NCBI GenBank assembly: GCA_051003195.1
Contig: JBPCLP010000041.1
Span: forward strand, 1,997-65,996
From: Candidatus Sumerlaeaceae bacterium
GTDB lineage: Bacteria > Sumerlaeota > Sumerlaeia > Sumerlaeales > Sumerlaeaceae
DNA: 64,000 nt
Reading direction: 5' to 3'
Shown here: positions 19,931-28,529 of the stretch, in pieces
Position numbering within the stretch: the first letter of the stretch is position 1
Layout of the letters: each line of letters opens with the position of its first letter
Position numbers and translations under genes: made by a program
Notes under the pieces: generated by a model
What the model was told of the DNA's origin: nothing
Seen by the model: the letters and a program-made list of their open reading frames with translations, nothing else
Database searches by the model: none

Positions 19931-20127
19931 TGTGGTGTCCCCAGATTCGTTACATATTTTCGCTTTCTGGCGCCCCTTCAGGGCGCGAAACATGGGGTGC
20001 TGTAACCCAGGGCTGCATCGGCCACAAAAAGCCGTGGCCTCCTTACCCTGGGCTATGTTCCCCTGCACCTTTGGTGCAAAAAGATTCCGCCTGAATTCTG
20101 CGGCGGAGTTCAGGGACAGCACACTGG
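19927..20127. mobile_element. Composite element: MITE-type ends enclosing a ~140-bp REP-like multi-hairpin cargo
   Basis: CTGG-TGTGGTGTCCC...GGGACAGCACA-CTGG ends. Internal 19943-20082 (GCGCCCCTTCAGGGCGC, CCCAGGG..CCCTGGG, TGCACCTTTGGTGCA) recurs at 60290-60429. Confidence 0.75.
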
Positions 20128-20140
20128 TGCATCTGCAGTT

Positions 20141-21082
20141 TTAGCCACTGCGAACGAACATGTTCAGTACCTGCCACGAACCTCGCAAACGGTTACGCAG
20201 AAGTATACTACCTGGCTTAAAGAGGAGAGCGGCACCTAAAGCAATAATGCGTAGAATCATGTCGAGCGTTATTGCAATGGTCACACCAGCTCTCCGCCAT
20301 CGCGGATAGTGTTGTCGCAGAAAAGTTTTCATGCCCACGAAAAGTTGGATCATTGCCAAGTGCCGCGTTTCAGCAACAGGGTCGCCTTGTGTATGCGTAA
20401 CCTCTACTATGTGATCGTAGAGTACCGGCTTCCCCAGTTCCCACGAACGAAAACATAGATCTGTATCTTCTGCATACAGAAAGTAGGATGGCGCGAAGCC
20501 GCCGAGCGCCCGCCACGTCTCGCGATCCAGCAGAAGGGCTGCACCCATTACCCAATCCACTCTGTGATAGTCGCGGAGAGTTGTGTTTGAGCGAGGCATT
20601 GTTGCCGCGCGTGTTTTTTTCCAATGCTTCAGCAGGCCAGCCATCATGGAATGATTAACCCAGTATGATGCAAAACCGGGAAAGTTATACGATGATCTTT
20701 GCACTCCGCCGTTCTCATTTACCAGCACAGGTGCGAGAATTCCACCATTCGGCAGCAGTTGTCGGTACCGCTCCACCCAGTGCTCCAGCATCCCGGCGCG
20801 AAGCAGCGTATCCGGGTTCAGGATGCAGATGAAGCTTGAAGCGTCGCTCGCCTCCGCTGCGCCGCGGTTACATGCCATGCCATAGCCAATGTTTTGCTCA
20901 CTACGGATAAGCTGCGTGCCTTCCAACTGCAGATTGCGCCAGTCTTCCATCGGTGAGGCATTATCGACAATGATGATCTCTTGCGGCTGCGACTGGTTTC
21001 GCAGTGAATCGACGCACCGTCTCAAGTAAGTACTCGTCTCATAGTTTACGATGACCATGGTGACGACAGGCGGATCGGTCAC
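20141..21082 (-). CDS. GT2 family glycosyltransferase (WbbL-like)
   Basis: VIVNY, IIVDNAS, NIGYGMACNRG, ILNPD, VDWVMGAALL, YFLYAEDTDLC. Confidence 0.9.
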   Translation of the reverse strand: MTDPPVVTMVIVNYETSTYLRRCVDSLRNQSQPQEIIIVDNASPMEDWRNLQLEGTQLIRSEQNIGYGMACNRGAAEASDASSFICILNPDTLLRAGMLEHWVERYRQLLPNGGILAPVLVNENGGVQRSSYNFPGFASYWVNHSMMAGLLKHWKKTRAATMPRSNTTLRDYHRVDWVMGAALLLDRETWRALGGFAPSYFLYAEDTDLCFRSWELGKPVLYDHIVEVTHTQGDPVAETRHLAMIQLFVGMKTFLRQHYPRWRRAGVTIAITLDMILRIIALGAALLFKPGSILLRNRLRGSWQVLNMFVRSG

Positions 21083-21091
21083 CGGGCAGGC

Positions 21092-21191
21092 CTAGTGAGG
21101 TTTACCATTAGTTCGTTGGCAGGTTCTGTGTGCCGAACGAGGGCAGAATCATATCGATACGTGGATACGAACTTCTGGTTCGGCACACTAG
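21092..21191. mobile_element. ~100-bp MITE-like repeat, copy 3
   Basis: CTAG-TGAGGTTTACCATTAGTTCG...GTTCTGTGTGCCGAAC...GTTCGGCACA-CTAG. The right CTAG contains the TAG stop of the PhyH-family gene. Confidence 0.8.
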
Positions 21192-21994
21192 GGTGCAGCC
21201 GAGCGGGTCTGCCCGTTAAAAATGATCGGGCAAACGGCAGTATCGTCGATATACTTCGTCAGCCCCTCCCTTGCATCGCCGATTGGAAGGCTCTTTTCAG
21301 TGCGCATGTGAATCGCGAATGCCATGCGTGGAGAATGGGAGAGGTTTGCGCCGCTGCCATGCCATGTAAGGTCGTCATGAAGGCTGAAGCCGCCAGGAGG
21401 GAGAACGGCGGGTATTTCCTCCCAGTTTTCTCCAGGTGGGACAGAGATCGAAGACTTGATTTGCTGAAGATCCTGGCCGTGAAAGTCGCTGCCCGGGAGA
21501 AAGCCCCACCTGTGCGAGCCACGCACGAAAATCATTGGCCCCGCTTCTATTGTGACATCGCTGAGGGCAACCCAGGCGGTGAATAGCTCCGAGCCTTCTT
21601 CCCAGCGCTGCCAGTAGTTACGATCCTGGTGCCATCCGATATTGGTGCCCCCGGCAGTCGCCTGGCGTGAAGGCGGTTTAAACAGTAACTGCACCCACCA
21701 CACCTGTACCCACTGGGCGCCCGTGGCCTCGGCGGCAATCTGCCCGAGCAAGGGATGGCTTACCAGTTCGAGGACGGCGCGGCTCGCGAATTGGGGCTGT
21801 TCGATTTTGCACAAGACGTCCTCGGAGTCGCCGGGATTCCAGCCTGACTCCTCGGGCGGGCGACCGGTGTCGTACTCACCGCGGCGAATCGCCATCATTC
21901 CAGCAGTGGAGCGGCGGATAAGTTCTGCCGGCAGGCGCTGCGCGACATTGAGGTAGAATCCCTGCGCATCGTATTGTTGCTTTATTGAGGCCAT
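21188..21994 (-). CDS. Phytanoyl-CoA dioxygenase (PhyH)-family Fe(II)/2-oxoglutarate dioxygenase
   Basis: WHQD, TAWVALSDV...GPM..V.GSH, TWHGSGAN.S..PR. Confidence 0.88.
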   Translation of the reverse strand: MASIKQQYDAQGFYLNVAQRLPAELIRRSTAGMMAIRRGEYDTGRPPEESGWNPGDSEDVLCKIEQPQFASRAVLELVSHPLLGQIAAEATGAQWVQVWWVQLLFKPPSRQATAGGTNIGWHQDRNYWQRWEEGSELFTAWVALSDVTIEAGPMIFVRGSHRWGFLPGSDFHGQDLQQIKSSISVPPGENWEEIPAVLPPGGFSLHDDLTWHGSGANLSHSPRMAFAIHMRTEKSLPIGDAREGLTKYIDDTAVCPIIFNGQTRSAAP

Positions 21995-22237
21995 GGCCTG
22001 TCGTTTTTACAGGCGCGCGCCAAAACGCAATAGCGGAATGGAGTTCAAATGTCAGGTACTTCCGCCAGCTTCTCAGATTGCGAAGGCTCCCGTGGAAGTA
22101 GAATTGTGAGAAGTAGCCTCTAGCTATTTTCTCGGACATAGCAGCAGCAGAAAGAACCGAGTCATCTTGGGACTGGACCTGTGCGTCTAAAGTATGGGCT
22201 TCATTCTCCACGAACCAATGAGGATCTGCAAAACATA

Positions 22238-23266
22238 ATGGCCGAATTTAAACAACTGACCGACAGCATCATCGCCAATGTTGAGAAAGTAATTGTAGGG
22301 AAACGTCCACAGGTAGCCACCGTACTGGCTGCGTTGCTTGCGCGCGGACATGTGCTGTTGGAGGACGTGCCCGGCGTGGCTAAAACAATGCTCGCACGCG
22401 CGATAGCGGCGAGCCTTGGTTGCCAGTTCAAACGCGTTCAGTGCACGCCTGATTTATTGCCTGCGGATGTGACCGGCGTATCTGTCTTCAACCAGAAACA
22501 ACAGGACTTCGAGTTTCTACCAGGCCCTGTGTTTACTAACATCCTGTTGGCTGACGAAATCAACCGCGCTACTCCACGCACGCAATCGGCACTGCTTGAG
22601 GCGATGGAAGAACGGCAGATCTCGGTGGACGGCACCACTTATCCGCTACCGAGCCCGTTTCTCGTTGTGGCGACCCAAAATCCGGTGGAGCAGGAGGGAA
22701 CGTTCCCGCTTCCGGAGGCGCAGCTTGATCGTTTTCTTATCCGCATTTCGCTGGGTTACCCGGGCTTTAGCGAGGAAGGGGATATGCTTGACCGACTTGC
22801 CAGCGGCCATGGCACACACCCAGTCGACACATTGCAACCCGTGGTAGATGGCGCGGCAATCCTTCAGATGCAACGGGCGGTAACTGATGTGTTTGTCCAT
22901 CCACAGGTGAGAGACTACATTCTCCAACTGGTGCAGGCCACGCGCGACAATATGAAACTGGCGCTTGGTGGAAGCCCACGCGCCTCGATTGCATTATATC
23001 GAGCATCGCAGGCCATGGCGGCCCTCGACGGGCGCGCTTATATCATACCGGACGACGTCAAGCAGCTGGCAATCCCTGTTCTTTCGCACCGGCTGATTCT
23101 TAAACCGGAGTATCGCCTGCGCCGGGAAAGCGCCCATACCGTGATCGAGGAGCTGTTGAAGAAGATTACGCCGCCGCTCAACAGTGGGCAGCTCAAGTCC
23201 GCGACGGCCAGTACGGCTGCAACACCGGAGAATCTGGTCGGCTTCCGACCCGGCCAGCGGCGATGA
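22238..23266 (+). CDS. MoxR-family AAA+ ATPase
   Basis: LLEDVPGVAKT, RVQCTPDLLPADVTG, LADEINRATPRTQSALLEAM, ATQNPVEQEGTFPLPEAQLDRF, GSPRA. Confidence 0.95.
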   Translation: MAEFKQLTDSIIANVEKVIVGKRPQVATVLAALLARGHVLLEDVPGVAKTMLARAIAASLGCQFKRVQCTPDLLPADVTGVSVFNQKQQDFEFLPGPVFTNILLADEINRATPRTQSALLEAMEERQISVDGTTYPLPSPFLVVATQNPVEQEGTFPLPEAQLDRFLIRISLGYPGFSEEGDMLDRLASGHGTHPVDTLQPVVDGAAILQMQRAVTDVFVHPQVRDYILQLVQATRDNMKLALGGSPRASIALYRASQAMAALDGRAYIIPDDVKQLAIPVLSHRLILKPEYRLRRESAHTVIEELLKKITPPLNSGQLKSATASTAATPENLVGFRPGQRR

Positions 23267-23381
23267 GCTTTTGAGATAGATTCGTGACCATTGTGGAACC
23301 GCAAAAGACAGCCGTAAATAAAGCCCGTGCTCCGAAGCTTCGGCGAATTTCGGGTGTGCGGGCTGCACCAAGCGTGAATAG

Positions 23382-24932
23382 ATGAAGAAGCTCGGCTATG
23401 AGCGCGAGGTGCCACAGGAATTGCGGGGGACGCTGGAAGAGCGGTTGCGCCGAGTGCACACACCAGACTCGGTTACGGATGCCAGCGCACCCGAAGACCC
23501 CTTTTCACAGGGCACTCAGGCAGAGCCGCAAACACCCGTAGATACCGCTACAGGCGGACCTCCTGACGATGGTTTCTCTACGATATCCACCAAGCCAGCT
23601 GTATGGAAACAGGCACTCACGTTTTCTCGAACGGCCGTTTTGTGGGTCGGTCTACCCGCACTTATTCTCAGTCTGGCCTTCGCGTTTAATCTTGGGCTTA
23701 TAGCGGCGAGCGCTTACGCAATTATCCTTGTCGTGCTTGCATCCCGGGTGATGCTCTTCTTCTGGTTACGGCCCCTGCGCATCGAGCGGCAGCTCAGCGC
23801 AGAAGTCCTGGAAATCGGTGAGACACTGCATGTAACCGTTCGTCTCGAAAATCCAGCGCCATGGCCTATCCTCTGGCTGTACGTCGAGGAGGTATTGCTG
23901 CACGGCTTTGCACGACACGGGACAACCCGGCGCCTTCTGTTCCTTGCACCCGGTCAGACTTTCCACCTCACCTACGCATTGATGCTTACTCGACGCGGCT
24001 GCCATCAGTTGGGGCCGCTCGTGCTTGAAAGCGGTGACGTCTTTGGGCTGTTCCGTCGCTGCCGAATCGATACACGCCTCGATTACGTTACCGTACTGCC
24101 AAACTATGATATCATCGATGACGTGCACATTGGCAGCCCGCGTAAACTCGGTGAGCTCGCTGCCGTGCGCAGTCTCTTTGAAGACGTCACGCGCCTCCGC
24201 GGCATTCGCGAGTACAGGCGTGGCGATCCTCTCAACCGCATCCACTGGAAAACCACCGCACGGCGCAATGTGCTTCATACGAAGATCTTCGATCCTGTCA
24301 TAGAAGCGGCAGGCGTAGTGGTCCTCGATTTCCATAAAGATGCCTGGACGCAGGCAAAGGGAAACCGTGACGGGTTCCCTGTCGAGGATGAAGCGGTGGA
24401 ATTCGCCTGCACCGTTGCCAGATATCTAACCGATGGCGGGTGGAGCGCCGGCTTGCTGTCCAATGGCTCCGATCCGCTCGGCCTTGCCGGCATGACGCTG
24501 GCCCAGGCCCGCGCCACGGAATCGCTTGGCGAAGCTATGACCATGGCACGGCGCAGGCAAATCGACCGCCGTCTCGAGCCGCTCTATATCGAGCCGCGCC
24601 GCGGCGTTGAACAGTTCATGATCTTGCGCGAAAATCTTGGGCGTATTGCACTCTCAACCGGTCTTACACTGAAACAGGTGCTGATGGACCAGATGCCGCA
24701 CATCAGCCGCGGTCATGTGCTGGTAGTGATTACCGGCGCGCTGCCGCGAGAATCGATCACTGCAATTCTGCGCGCGCGGGAGCTTGGATATCGCGTGATG
24801 CTTTTTGTGCTCGGCAACCCGGAGGATCATGACGCATCGCTTGCGCTCTGCCTGGCCGCCGGCATCGAGATGTTCAGCCTGGATGGAAACTGGAGGATGC
24901 GTGAACTCGCAACGGGACGCCGGTCTCTCTAG
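23382..24932 (+). CDS. DUF58 domain membrane protein
   Basis: Follows MoxR. RRG..LGPL..GDVFG, LRGIREYRRGDPLNRIHWKTTAR. Confidence 0.9.
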   Translation: MKKLGYEREVPQELRGTLEERLRRVHTPDSVTDASAPEDPFSQGTQAEPQTPVDTATGGPPDDGFSTISTKPAVWKQALTFSRTAVLWVGLPALILSLAFAFNLGLIAASAYAIILVVLASRVMLFFWLRPLRIERQLSAEVLEIGETLHVTVRLENPAPWPILWLYVEEVLLHGFARHGTTRRLLFLAPGQTFHLTYALMLTRRGCHQLGPLVLESGDVFGLFRRCRIDTRLDYVTVLPNYDIIDDVHIGSPRKLGELAAVRSLFEDVTRLRGIREYRRGDPLNRIHWKTTARRNVLHTKIFDPVIEAAGVVVLDFHKDAWTQAKGNRDGFPVEDEAVEFACTVARYLTDGGWSAGLLSNGSDPLGLAGMTLAQARATESLGEAMTMARRRQIDRRLEPLYIEPRRGVEQFMILRENLGRIALSTGLTLKQVLMDQMPHISRGHVLVVITGALPRESITAILRARELGYRVMLFVLGNPEDHDASLALCLAAGIEMFSLDGNWRMRELATGRRSL

Positions 24933-26568
24933 ATACGTCGCACTTGGTCTGGTCCCGCTGTGCGCGTGGGGGCTACTTTCCGCGCTGCTGCTGCATCTAA
25001 TTGCCGTCCGTTCCTCTTTTATCCAGGGCGGGGAGGACCGGTTGCGGATGGCGGTACTTGCTTTCGCGGGTGGCGTTGTCTTGCTACAGCGTCTCGCCGC
25101 AACGCAGGGCGGAGAACATGCGCAGGCCTACAAGTGGGCACTCATCGCCGCCATGGTCCTTTTTACATTGCACCACAGTGTGACGTATCGGTTACTCGTT
25201 CATCCGGGCCTGGTGTTTTTCGCAAACGGGTGTATTTTCACCGTCCTGTATTGGGTTGGGACGCGCATCACCCGCGCGTGCGCAGTAGATTCGGACGACA
25301 AGTCGGCGGTTGCGGCGGAAATGGGCATCTTCGGGAAACGCGCGCGACGGCTGCGCGTCGACGAGGAACAATTACCCGATGCGCGACGCCCAAAACGCCG
25401 CGCCTTATTTCCGGGATCGGCCAGCAAAGTGCCGTCGCCCGCCCCATCGCTGAGCTGGCAGGAAAAGCTGGCGCCTCAACACCCCGGCCGCGTACTTTTC
25501 TACTTTTCGCTCTTCGCTATTCCCGCGTTCGGCATTGGCGGGCTATTGCTGGATCCCAAGCTGGGCGGCGCCGCGCTGCTTGGCATGAACGTCTTCCTTT
25601 ATCTGTTCTGTGTCCTGGCTCTGCTGTTTCTTTCCAGTTACGGCCAACTTGCCGCGTATTTCGACCATCGCAATGTCGTACTGCCGGAGATCATCGGTAT
25701 CACGTGGCTTTCGCTGGGGTTCGTTGCGGTCGTTCTGATCGTCGGCATATCGTTCCTTTTGCCACAACCGCCGTCGCCAGCGGGTGACTTTGTACGCGGG
25801 CGCATGGTCGCGCGGTACGATGGATGGAAGTCGAGCGCGGGTGTTCGGGAGCCCGGCCTGGAAGATGGCACACCCGGGAAGGGGAGCGGCGGAAAGGGGA
25901 AAGCTGCTGGGGGAGGTCAAAAAGGCGCCAGCAAAACAGGTGGTACCTCAGGGCAGCAGCAGACCGGTGGCGGTGATGCCGCCCAATCGCAGGCAGAGGT
26001 GCAGGCCAGTCGGGAGGCGGGACTGGACAAAGCGTATATAAAACCGGAAAAGACGGGAGTTGAAAGCGCGCAGGAAGGTTTTCAGAAGATTTTCGATTTT
26101 CTGCTGAAGGCTCTTGGCGTCATTACGATTATTGCCGGCGTGATTGTGATGCTCGTGGTCGCGATGGCAATCTGGATGGGGATCAGCGGACGCGCCGGCA
26201 CCTTGCGTGGACTCTTCCCCAAACGGACCCGAAGTCGGAAGGAGAAGACGGCGGTGAAAGAGCTGAAAAAGTCGCAGACTTTCAGCAACTATCCAGATCC
26301 GGCGTCCGTAGGTATTTCGTCTGCCGATGATCTCGTGCATTACCTGTGGGAGGCTACGTTGGCGAGATGCGCGGATGCAGGTGAGCCGTGCTTACCCGAC
26401 CAGACGCCCCTGGAGTTTCTGAGAACCGAACCGGTATCGCTTCATACAATCGAAGCGGAAGCACACACCCTCGCACGCTGGCTGCTCCACGCTGAATACT
26501 CAGGCGAACCCATACCAGAATCCGCCCTGCCTGAGCTGCTGAACTACTGGAGATGCTTAAGCTCGTGA
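24901..26568 (+). CDS. Multi-TM protein with Gly-rich linker and DUF4129-like C-terminus
   Basis: Many hydrophobic segments, C-terminal P.QTPLEFL...LA......EYS pattern. Third gene of the MoxR-DUF58 run. Confidence 0.75.
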   Translation: MNSQRDAGLSRYVALGLVPLCAWGLLSALLLHLIAVRSSFIQGGEDRLRMAVLAFAGGVVLLQRLAATQGGEHAQAYKWALIAAMVLFTLHHSVTYRLLVHPGLVFFANGCIFTVLYWVGTRITRACAVDSDDKSAVAAEMGIFGKRARRLRVDEEQLPDARRPKRRALFPGSASKVPSPAPSLSWQEKLAPQHPGRVLFYFSLFAIPAFGIGGLLLDPKLGGAALLGMNVFLYLFCVLALLFLSSYGQLAAYFDHRNVVLPEIIGITWLSLGFVAVVLIVGISFLLPQPPSPAGDFVRGRMVARYDGWKSSAGVREPGLEDGTPGKGSGGKGKAAGGGQKGASKTGGTSGQQQTGGGDAAQSQAEVQASREAGLDKAYIKPEKTGVESAQEGFQKIFDFLLKALGVITIIAGVIVMLVVAMAIWMGISGRAGTLRGLFPKRTRSRKEKTAVKELKKSQTFSNYPDPASVGISSADDLVHYLWEATLARCADAGEPCLPDQTPLEFLRTEPVSLHTIEAEAHTLARWLLHAEYSGEPIPESALPELLNYWRCLSS

Positions 26569-26781
26569 TAGGGACGCCTTTTGGTGCGGCACGCGGTGAC
26601 GCACTCCCAGTTCGAGTAGCGGTTTGGGGATCGCGGGCGGGGCGCGATTGCGAGGCGGGGTGATTGGGTCGCGGGTTGGAACTTGGCGCGAGGGTGGGCA
26701 AGGAGTCCGGGTAGTGTCATGGATTTTAGCGCGAGGGTCGACCGGGTGAGCCAGGTGCTGCGCCACAAGCGGGCCCATCGC

Positions 26782-27579
26782 TTATCCAAAGTGCATTGGA
26801 TCGATCTCAGGAGTCAAAATTACGTACTCCTTCAGGGCGCCGCGCAGTGGATCGGCGTCGATTGAGCAATACCCTTGTGGGTTGTGCCGGCGCCAGCCTT
26901 CGGCATATTTGAATTGACCCGAGAGGCCGCCGACCTCTCTTCCCTGCGTGACCATTTCGTCGAGATAACTGTCGAGCCCCTGGCTTTCATCCAGCCAGTC
27001 CTTCTGGCTTTTGTGCTCGGCCAGCGCAACCCGCTTTGTCTCGATGACGCTTTCGATGTTCACGAACATGTGCGGATAGATAAGCTGGTTCAGCTGCCCG
27101 CGGTTACTCCATGGTTGCGCATGATAAATGGTGACGTCCTGCGGCACCGGCTGCCGCGGTGGATCCGTGGGATAGTTGGGCATTCCGCGCGTGAAGGCTC
27201 CAGACACAGCAAGACGGCAGGCGTTCATGTGGTCTTCCATGTAGTCGTCGGGCGAATGAACGAGCAGAATTTCCGGCGCAACTTCGCGCATGACGGCAGC
27301 TACTTTGGCCAATAGTTCTCTGTTAAAAAAGATTTCGACATCATTGGCAATTGGCGGGTGAAAGGTCGCGCCAAGTTTCGAGGCTGCATTCCGTGCTTCC
27401 TGAGTACGCACTCTCTCAATTTCTTCGCGGCCCATTTTATTGGTGCCGCAATTGCCATTTGCGATATTCATATAATGCAGCTCATACCCAGCCTGACCCA
27501 GCAACAGAAGCGTTCCGGCAAACATGAACTCAATATCGTCCGGGTGAGCGACAACGGCGAAGGCTCGCTTCGCCATCAA
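26782..27579 (-). CDS. PIG-L family N-acetylglucosamine-type deacetylase
   Basis: AHPDDIE, R..EA..A, DDYMEDH, HKSQ, YAEG. Confidence 0.88.
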   Translation of the reverse strand: MMAKRAFAVVAHPDDIEFMFAGTLLLLGQAGYELHYMNIANGNCGTNKMGREEIERVRTQEARNAASKLGATFHPPIANDVEIFFNRELLAKVAAVMREVAPEILLVHSPDDYMEDHMNACRLAVSGAFTRGMPNYPTDPPRQPVPQDVTIYHAQPWSNRGQLNQLIYPHMFVNIESVIETKRVALAEHKSQKDWLDESQGLDSYLDEMVTQGREVGGLSGQFKYAEGWRRHNPQGYCSIDADPLRGALKEYVILTPEIDPMHFG

Positions 27580-28502
27580 TGCATGTCCACTTCGAGAGAG
27601 CCAAGCGCTCCGCGCAGGTAATTGAACTGCACATTCGGATGATCTGCCAGCAATGACATTGGTACCGAGCTGTCCGGTAGTTTCTTGGAAATCATAAACG
27701 TCGTGAGTCGGATTCCAAACTGGTTGTCATGGTGGCCGGGATGCCAGATGGAAACCTTATCGCAGCGCCACGTCTCGCGCGGGCCCACGGTTACGGCCTG
27801 TGACGGAATGGTATGAACCGCTCCTCCGCCTGATGTCCGGGCATTCTGCATCAAAGTAACCGGGTGAAGGTCGACGAGGCGAGTGCCGAGTTTGCGATAC
27901 TCTTCAGGCGGCGGCGGTGCATCCTTGTATTTCCCTTCGCGCTTGAAGGGATCATTAAATGCCCAGTGTTTAATTTCACCCTGGCCGCCCTGCATTACCA
28001 GGCATCTGGCTGCGTCCCACGACGCGACGTACTCCTTTGCATCCACTGCTGGAAAGTGCAGGTTTTGCTTTGGAATCGCAAGCTCCGGCTTAATTCGGGC
28101 AAAGCAAAGGTCCCAGTCCGTGCGCGCAAAACCCAGCTCAAAGTCCATCCCGACTTCTTTACCGTCCACGACCCACTCATCCATGCCCCAGAAATGGCAG
28201 TTCTTTAAGGAGAGACCGATTTCGTTTACGATCCGTGCGACCAGTGGGAGTTGTTCAGTCGGTCCAATTGGGCCACAGATGCCGGTCGGGCTTGACTCGG
28301 TCGCCTGTTGCCACGACGTAATATATTCGAGAGCCTCAGCGAGGTAAAACTCCTGGACGGTGTCGTAGAATTTGACCGTGAATCCAGGACGTGAAAGTTG
28401 CTCGACGTCTTTTTCAGTCAGCTTCGCCGCGTCTTCGAGTATCTTCGCGTCCAGCGTGGTGTAATCCCACCAGTCGGGTGCGATTTTACTGAGTCGTCTC
28501 AT
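27576..28502 (-). CDS. Divergent glucosamine-6-phosphate deaminase/isomerase (NagB-like)
   Basis: [22 protein letters not shown] (compare GIG.NGHI.FNEP), [18 protein letters not shown]. Confidence 0.75.
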   Translation of the reverse strand: MRRLSKIAPDWWDYTTLDAKILEDAAKLTEKDVEQLSRPGFTVKFYDTVQEFYLAEALEYITSWQQATESSPTGICGPIGPTEQLPLVARIVNEIGLSLKNCHFWGMDEWVVDGKEVGMDFELGFARTDWDLCFARIKPELAIPKQNLHFPAVDAKEYVASWDAARCLVMQGGQGEIKHWAFNDPFKREGKYKDAPPPPEEYRKLGTRLVDLHPVTLMQNARTSGGGAVHTIPSQAVTVGPRETWRCDKVSIWHPGHHDNQFGIRLTTFMISKKLPDSSVPMSLLADHPNVQFNYLRGALGSLEVDMH

Positions 28503-28529
28503 CTTTGACCTCTTATCTACTCGTCGTTA

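Noticed and set aside
19869-20144. Short ORFs (19869+, 19904-) and the N-terminal extension of ORF 59684..60481 sharing sequence such as QGKEATAFCGR
   Set aside because: These are translations of the repeated REP-like DNA, not a protein family.
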